Assembly: GCA_040285745.1 (NCBI GenBank)
Contig: JAUFOR010000003.1
Location: 1,550,001-1,587,787, forward strand
Length of the DNA: 37,787 bases
Reading direction: 5' to 3'
Source: Barthelona sp. PCE
Lineage: Eukaryota
The notes beneath the pieces were generated by a model. It saw nothing but the letters and a program-made list of their open reading frames with translations. It was not told where the DNA came from and ran no database searches. Shown piece by piece: positions 31,579 to 37,787 of this stretch (position 1 is its first letter; each line of letters begins with the position of its first letter). Both the position numbers and the translations under genes were made by a program.

Positions 31579-32882
31579 CTCTGCCTTTTCAAAAGTTTTG
31601 GTGGAGGGGTCTATTTGCTACTGTATGTAATGCCCATAGAAAACTATGAACGATTATAAAGGATAGTAGGAGATTCTTTACAAAGGTCATGGTACCGCAT
31701 ACGGGCTACCATCTTCAGTTTGAAAGTCCGTACATCTCGTATTTCAATTACTAAGCAGCAGTACAACTAGAATAAATAGGAAAACTGGTAATAACACCAG
31801 CATATGCTCTATTCCATTCTCTGTTCAAAATCAACTGCAAGATCTTCCTAACAGGGATACAATTGTAATGTCATGCTTGTTTATCTTATTGTTATAGGAT
31901 TACAAAATGTTTTCTGAAAACATTTTTTTCCTAATCCAAATCTTCCACCAACCTCAATATGAAGTGTAACCCATTGTATAAGGCCTGTCTCCTCATTTAT
32001 AAAAAAGAAAATCAAAAATGATTAATTGCCTACTTCCAAAAAAAGTATAAATATTAGTAATTCCTGTATGAATCATTGGAAAGTTCAATTAAAAAATCTA
32101 AAACTTCAATTACGTGCGCAGTATGCCCGTGTCACGAAAACCTGTGCTCGTCCACACTGAAACAGCCGATTCGTATGCTTCAACAGCTGCTGAGTTGTAG
32201 TCAAACAAGGTTGCACTGAATAAAAAATAACAGCCCAATGCCGTCCAAACTGTTGCCCTCTTCGCCAAAGTGCCCGTCCTCGCTGCTAAGATACCTGGGA
32301 ACTGTTTCACGTTGTTGCATAATAGCTTTTCCAAAGAAGAATATATAAAAAACTAAGGGAAAGAAGATGAAAAAACTGAAAACAGGGTTCTTACCTGTTG
32401 TGACTAACGCATCTTTCCTCTGTTATTTTGTGTAAAACGTGCACATCGGCGGCCCCCGAACAACAGAATAGCTTGAAATACATAACCACACATGCAGAAA
32501 TGTTCTACGCCCCCATGACAGTAAAAGTATCCTTTCGCACGCATTTGGTGTGTAACCCGAGATATGATGCCCGATAAAGGTGTGTAAAAATATAAAAATA
32601 CGTTCTTAGCAGTAAGTTTTTTGTAAAAGATTTACGTGTGTGTGTGGTGAGTCAACATTCTCGTTTACACCCGTAGACATTTGAAAAACTAGTACCCATA
32701 TGGTTAAAATACACTAATCATGCAACCATTAAACGTGAAAAATTAAAATACACACACATACGTTCTATTCCTCCAAATTATCTCACAATCTATTTATGTA
32801 TGAATGTGCATTAGTGGTATGGCCCAAATCAAGCTTATTTTAAACAATGAATAATTATAAAATTTTTCAAAAATATTAAAAC

Positions 32883-33063
32883 TAATTAGTAATTTTTAAA
32901 TAACTGTGGGTCTCTACCGTTTGATCACGTCACTATTTTCAACATACTTAACCCTTAATTACGTGAGATGGGGGAGAAAACTGACCGAAAATTGTGAATA
33001 ACCAATACGGTACTTGACACTTTGGCTCCAACATTTCCGTCTCAGAAGTCAAAATCGAGATAT
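32883..33063 (+). repeat. 181-bp tRNA-upstream element, copy 2
   Basis: Matches 31374..31554 and ends 4 nt before the tRNA. Confidence 0.9.
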
Positions 33064-33067
33064 TGAG

Positions 33068-33140
33068 GCGCCTATAGCTCAGTTGGCAGAGCGTATGACT
33101 GAAGATCATAAGGTCCTAAGTTCAATTCTTGGTGGGCGCA
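33068..33140 (+). tRNA. tRNA-Phe (GAA)
   Basis: 73 nt; acceptor GCGCCTA/TGGGCGC+A; D arm GCTC/GAGC; anticodon arm TATGA-CTGAAGA-TCATA; T arm CTAAG-TTCAATT-CTTGG. Confidence 0.96.
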
Positions 33141-33145
33141 CCTCC

Positions 33146-33152
33146 TTTTTTT
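33146..33152 (+). terminator. RNA polymerase III terminator (T7)
   Basis: Run of seven T beginning 5 nt after the tRNA discriminator base. Confidence 0.8.
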
Positions 33153-33330
33153 GTGGTTGTCATGCATTTTGCCTGCTTAACTTTGTTGGCTTTTTATCCA
33201 TTTTCCGGTATCTGTTTCAGTCCAATTAGACACGCTTGCGAATAACACGCTATTTCGTAGAAGTAAATCTACCTGAGGACGCGATCCTTCCTGAGTACTC
33301 CATTTCTTTCTCCCCTTTTCTTCAGTAAAC

Positions 33331-33663
33331 ATGTTGAATGATGGAAGCATGTGGTTGACGGAACTCATGGGAGATTGAATCTGTGAATAATGAATGTGCT
33401 GCGAAATACATCCCTTTCTTACATTCCGGATTTCTTTTTATTTGCTCGGGCAACAGGCAACGAAGAACTACGAAAAGCAATTAACAAGATGTTGAATGAT
33501 GGATGTGGTTGACGGAACTCATGGCAGAGTGAATCTGTGACTCATGTTGAATGATGGAAGCATGTGGTTGACGGAACTCATGGCAGAGTGAATCTTGTTG
33601 AATGATGTTGAATGATGGAAGCATGTGGTTGACGGAACTCATGGCAGAGTGAATCTGTGACTC
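33331..33663 (+). repeat. Reiterated ~55-60 bp unit ATGTTGAATGATGGAAGCATGTGGTTGACGGAACTCATGG...
   Basis: Copies start at 33331, 33489, 33544 and 33605, plus a 9-nt partial at 33596. Confidence 0.95.
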
Positions 33664-33712
33664 ATGAATGTGCTGTCCGAATTACGCCCTTTATCGTACA
33701 TTCCGGATTTCT

Positions 33713-34135
33713 CTTTTTTACTATTTTTTATGGGGTGGGAACTCAATTACCCGACCTCGAGCTTAGGAACTTATTCACGCCATCCAACTAGATATCTGTC
33801 AGTAAACATGCATGTATCCGAGAGAACTCAGCCCCTGTGAAGTCATCTTTTTTACTATTTTTTATGGGGTGGGAACTCAATTACCCGACCTCGAGCTTAG
33901 GAACTTATTCACGCCATCCAACTAGATATCTGTCAGTAAACATGCATGTATCCGAGAGAACTCAGCCCCTGTGAAGTCATTATCGTACATTCCGGATTTC
34001 TCTTTTTTACTATTTTTTATGGGGTGGGAACTCAATTACCCGACCTCGAGCTTAGGAACTTATTCACGCCATCCAACTAGATATCTGTCAGTAAACATGC
34101 ATGTATCCGAGAGAACTCAGCCCCTGTGAAGTCAT
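33713..34135 (+). repeat. Three identical 134-bp direct repeats
   Basis: 33713-33846, 33847-33980 and 34002-34135; the third is preceded by a copy of 33692-33712. Confidence 0.97.
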
Positions 34136-34176
34136 TTGCAACAAAACTGTGCTGAACAAATAATAAACATATTTGT

Positions 34177-36375
34177 TTATAAAAATTCTGCTTCATTATT
34201 TGTCTGTGAATGATAGTTGGGCATATGGTACTCAACAACGGAAGCCTCCGCCAGGAACGAAGGAAGGTGAAACCTTTCCACAGTGGGATTAGTTGATTCT
34301 GGATCTTCCTCAACGTTGTATGTTTTCAACACCATTGTCTTGGTTTCTTCTTCGTAAATAACTTCCTGAACAACGTTATTAGGCATATTTAAGCTGCGAA
34401 TATCGTTGCCAATATTTGGTAAAATAGTATTTGTATAAAATCGCATTTCAATAACACCATTAACAATGGATACCTTATTAATACCTTGATCTACTTGAAT
34501 GTACGAATCACCTATGAAATTAAAGAAACAGTTACCTTCCAAGAATTCTTCATCCATTTCACCATCATTTAAATATTTATATATCAAAACGGGTTCCAAA
34601 AAATTTCCTGTTGACCAATCTAAACAATGTAAATACTGTTCCTCACCATCATTATTGTATTTATATGTTACAAAGAGCTGGTGGTCAGCTGTATCTGTTA
34701 ATGGATGATGACAGAAGACTAAACTCGAAACATCATCGCCATGATGAAAAGTGATGTGCTTTTGAACCTCAACATCATTATTATTGATCAGCAATTGTAA
34801 AAAATGTGTTGAATTAGTACAAATAACACACATAGAACTTCCAGTGACTGAAGGCATGCAATTATTAATGTACTCATTTGGTGGAAGCTCCAAAACTTTT
34901 GTATTACCAAGATAACCTTGACAAAAGTTTTCATTATACTCAATAAAAAATGGTAACCCAAGAACTAAGCTATTATAATTCAAAAAGCCCTCATTTTCAA
35001 AAGGAGTTATTATTGGTTTTGATTCTGAACCTTCCCAGTGTATTTTAACTAATTCTGAAGCACCTAGTCTTGTATTACACTGTGCAATCATAAAGAAATA
35101 CTCTTCCTCAACCGGGTGCATCGATAATTCACTGTAATTCCTTTCAAACATGAAACTATCGTTAGTCATAACACTTTTATGTGTGACGATTCTTTTTTCC
35201 TTGAAGTAAAAGTAACACTGTCTTTTCATATTGCTGTCTGCAAAATGTGCTGTCCCATCATACATAACTCTGAGAGGCCAAAAATTTTGCAATCGAATCA
35301 CCTCGTTATTGACTTTTCTAAACTTTATAGGGCCATAAACACCCGTTGCATTACTAGTTCCAAAAAACTGGCATTGTTCATTATGAAAAGAATTCGCCAA
35401 GTCAATGTGTTTTAAATCAACACAATTAGCAATGTAACTGGCCATATCACCGGTTGTCGACTTAAGCTCCCCGTTTTCAATATGAACAACAGTGCAAATT
35501 GAGCCATCATTTAAAAGCGCAGAAAATACATCTTGTGTCAAAGTGAACAAGGCAAAATAAGAACAGTAGGACATTTTCAACTCTAATAACTGTGGGAATC
35601 TTTCCAATAGATCAACACGGTTTCGTTGACGGTCAAAAATGATCAATTCTTCTAATATCTCGCCATTAACATAAAAACAAACACAATCAGCATTGTAACA
35701 TCCTATACAGTTTTGATTATGAACACCTTCTAGCTGTACGATATCCGGCTCATGAGCCTCGTCCATATCATCTACGCAGAAATTGTAGTGAAATATTGAA
35801 AAATCATTTTCATAATTGCTCATCAATACATATTCAATGGAACAATTGCTGTTGGTGGAGTAATGGTAGTACTCTCCAAGGCACCTGTACTGTTCTGTTA
35901 GAATATTGAGAATGTAACAATGAGTCGATTCTCCATTCTGGTGTTCTTCATCAACCTCTGCAATAGAAAAAAAAATGTGGTTCTCATCTAATGGAACAAA
36001 TTCGCTCGATACATATTTTTGTAAATTATCCAAATCATCAAAAGGGAAACGAATCTTTCTGTTTGTGTGTTCATCACTGTTAATTTCGTTGAAATACAGG
36101 ATTTCAAGATCAGTTAATCGATTATTTTCGCTAAAATGCTGTTCAACGATCATATATCCTGCTCCAGCTTTTCGCTTGTAATAATACTGAAGTGATTCAC
36201 ACGTTTCTTCAACATATCCACAAAATTCTTCCCCATCAACAGCATCAATGAGATTGTGTAAATGAGTGTCTTCTCTAGTTTTGACCATTCTAACACCCTG
36301 ACCTTCAAAAATAATTTGCCCCTCGGGAAAGGCCCCGATGATAAGGTCATCCTCGAATTTACGGATACGAGGCAT
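34177..36375 (-). CDS. MPR-family beta-rich hypothetical protein copy B (intact)
   Basis: 732-aa ORF MPRIRKFEDDLII...FHLPSFLAEASVVEYHMPNYH; full-length paralog of 8489..10646. Confidence 0.9.
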   Translation of the reverse strand: MPRIRKFEDDLIIGAFPEGQIIFEGQGVRMVKTREDTHLHNLIDAVDGEEFCGYVEETCESLQYYYKRKAGAGYMIVEQHFSENNRLTDLEILYFNEINSDEHTNRKIRFPFDDLDNLQKYVSSEFVPLDENHIFFSIAEVDEEHQNGESTHCYILNILTEQYRCLGEYYHYSTNSNCSIEYVLMSNYENDFSIFHYNFCVDDMDEAHEPDIVQLEGVHNQNCIGCYNADCVCFYVNGEILEELIIFDRQRNRVDLLERFPQLLELKMSYCSYFALFTLTQDVFSALLNDGSICTVVHIENGELKSTTGDMASYIANCVDLKHIDLANSFHNEQCQFFGTSNATGVYGPIKFRKVNNEVIRLQNFWPLRVMYDGTAHFADSNMKRQCYFYFKEKRIVTHKSVMTNDSFMFERNYSELSMHPVEEEYFFMIAQCNTRLGASELVKIHWEGSESKPIITPFENEGFLNYNSLVLGLPFFIEYNENFCQGYLGNTKVLELPPNEYINNCMPSVTGSSMCVICTNSTHFLQLLINNNDVEVQKHITFHHGDDVSSLVFCHHPLTDTADHQLFVTYKYNNDGEEQYLHCLDWSTGNFLEPVLIYKYLNDGEMDEEFLEGNCFFNFIGDSYIQVDQGINKVSIVNGVIEMRFYTNTILPNIGNDIRSLNMPNNVVQEVIYEEETKTMVLKTYNVEEDPESTNPTVERFHLPSFLAEASVVEYHMPNYHSQTNNEAEFL

Positions 36376-37089
36376 ATAAAAGTAGTTTGCCGTGATGAAA
36401 CAAGTGTAAAAAGAGATAGCAGTTTAAGAATATATTGATTACTTACCAATTCTATGTGAAGATTTAAAGATTCAATTTTATTGTAAAGCTTGACCCCTGG
36501 ACGATAGGGATCAATTATCATTAACTACTGCTCAGATAATAATGATTATTGAACTTCTTATTGCTATTTTGTATTTATTTTTTAGAAAAATAATTAATGT
36601 TTCGGAGACATTTTTATCAAAAGTAATCTCTACAGTGTATTCAGGAGAACTAAAATTATCATGTTCACGTATCTAGTGTATCTAGTATATCATGAATATG
36701 TGACGAGATGGTCTTTATGTATTTCATTTTAGAATGTTATCATTCCTTTAAGCATCAACCACCGGTTTGATGTTCAGTAAGTCCATGGTACAAATAAGAA
36801 TAAAAATAATACAGGCTGGCTTACCATACATGCGTTTGTTTCCACCAAATAACTATCAATATTTAAAGCGGAAAAAATGTTAAATTCGAATAAAAAACGT
36901 TCAGGCACTATTACATGTTCAGAAAACGCAGAGCATGATTCCTTGTAAACAAGAAAGAGAAACTTAAAAAAATAAATGCTCTCATCGTTCAAGTCTTCTG
37001 TTGCCATATATAAGAAATTCAATAGTTAACATGGTATCCAATTGAAGTCGAAAAGTTCTACGTCATCGTTTCTTGATAACATAATATTT

Positions 37090-37446
37090 TCAAAATACAT
37101 TAAAAAATAATGTGCAAAAGTAAAGAATGAAAAAAACTATAAAAAAAAATCCCAAAGCGCCCTTTTTATCTTGATTATAATTTGCTGTTCCTTCATCAAT
37201 GTCTTGAGGAGAAAGATTCACACATCCAGCAAATTCATTGTATCTACTTTCAAAATCTAAGCTGTTCGATTGCATCATGTGGTATTCGAGCTCTAACAAC
37301 TCACTCACATTATGGAATAGATCTTCAGGGTATGCATTTGAAACCACAGGAACAGGTTCTACTGGTAACAAGTCAAAACTTGGATCATCACTCGAATTTA
37401 GCATAGTTTCTGATGTGCCCATTACATATAAATCGCGTTCCGGCAT
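37090..37446 (-). CDS. Small acidic protein with a C-terminal hydrophobic segment (possibly the 5' part of a broken gene)
   Basis: ATG-initiated 118 aa; the hydrophobic end lies in T-rich homopolymers, and an orphan frame follows at 36774..37022. Confidence 0.45.
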   Translation of the reverse strand: MPERDLYVMGTSETMLNSSDDPSFDLLPVEPVPVVSNAYPEDLFHNVSELLELEYHMMQSNSLDFESRYNEFAGCVNLSPQDIDEGTANYNQDKKGALGFFFIVFFILYFCTLFFNVF

Positions 37447-37649
37447 GGAAATTGCGAATTCAAATGCTGAAAAGGGAGGTTTATTTTTTTGCAGTCTAAA
37501 TTTTCATAATAACATCTTTCAGAACTCACAATAACCTCATAAGGGAATAACATAGAACACACCAATTTTAAAAATCACAATTATTTTGTTTAGTAAAGAA
37601 TGTTTGTTGGACACCAGTCTGAATATTTGTTTATCTGATTTTCAGTCTA

Positions 37650-37787
37650 TCAACAACATTGTTCATGATAATCGGGCATGTGGTACTCAACGATGGAAGC
37701 CTCCGCCAGGAACGATGGAAGGTGGAACGATTCCACTGTGGGATTGATCGATTCCGGGTCTTCCTCAATATTGAGCAATGTGCAACT
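37650..37787 (-). CDS. MPR-family copy C, C-terminal 45 codons (remainder beyond the window)
   Basis: Translates SCTLLNIEEDPESINPTVESFHLPSFLAEASIVEYHMPDYHEQCC*; absent from the ORF track. Confidence 0.88.
   Translation of the reverse strand, partial: SCTLLNIEEDPESINPTVESFHLPSFLAEASIVEYHMPDYHEQCC

Noticed and set aside
31600-31810. Second kinase-relic 5' end on the minus strand (hydrophobic run then VRTFK..EDG)
   Set aside because: Resemblance to the 7.1-kb relic is only a few residues across frame changes; too weak to call.
32354-32395. Minus-strand GTAAGA...TTAG candidate intron
   Set aside because: It lacks the CTAA branch motif seen in the two supported introns, and no convincing joined ORF results.
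33014-33229. 71-aa ORF
   Set aside because: It runs through the tRNA-Phe gene and starts at TTG; spurious.
33331-34135. CRISPR-like array
   Set aside because: There are no regular unique spacers, the units are 55-155 bp head-to-tail duplications, no cas genes are present, and the context is eukaryotic.
36668-36690. Short GTATCTAGT tandem repeat
   Set aside because: About 2.5 copies of a 9-mer in AT-rich spacer; ordinary slippage.
1-37787. Alternative genetic code or an autonomous transposon
   Set aside because: TAA, TAG and TGA all end conserved genes at expected positions, and no transposase, reverse transcriptase or integrase motifs were seen.

Overview
Gene-dense, intron-poor eukaryotic (protist) DNA in the standard code. 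Rab23 and two short introns with a branch point fused to the 3' splice site suggest a flagellated, possibly metamonad-like organism (inference). Recognisable housekeeping genes are OST48/WBP1 (3' end), Rab21-like, Rab23, phosducin-like TXNDC9, a KH protein, a family-X DNA polymerase, a RING/B-box/coiled-coil/TLDc protein, an SLC52-like transporter, SLBP, a WNK kinase, UAP1, AP-4 epsilon and RBM34/Nop12. Between them lie AT-rich accessory tracts with five members of an uncharacterised beta-rich family (the four with visible starts all begin MPR), two TMEM151-like genes and several frameshifted relics. The stretch 30.7-34.2 kb holds a tRNA-Phe(GAA), a truncated copy of it, and a 242-bp unit whose two ends are separately reiterated. 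Best candidates for something undescribed: (i) a gap-free 181-bp block-conserved element directly upstream of both tRNA-Phe copies; (ii) the MPR family, with conserved GC-rich termini around a variable AT-rich core; (iii) the end-reiterated repeat. All family calls come from motif recognition by eye; no database search was run.
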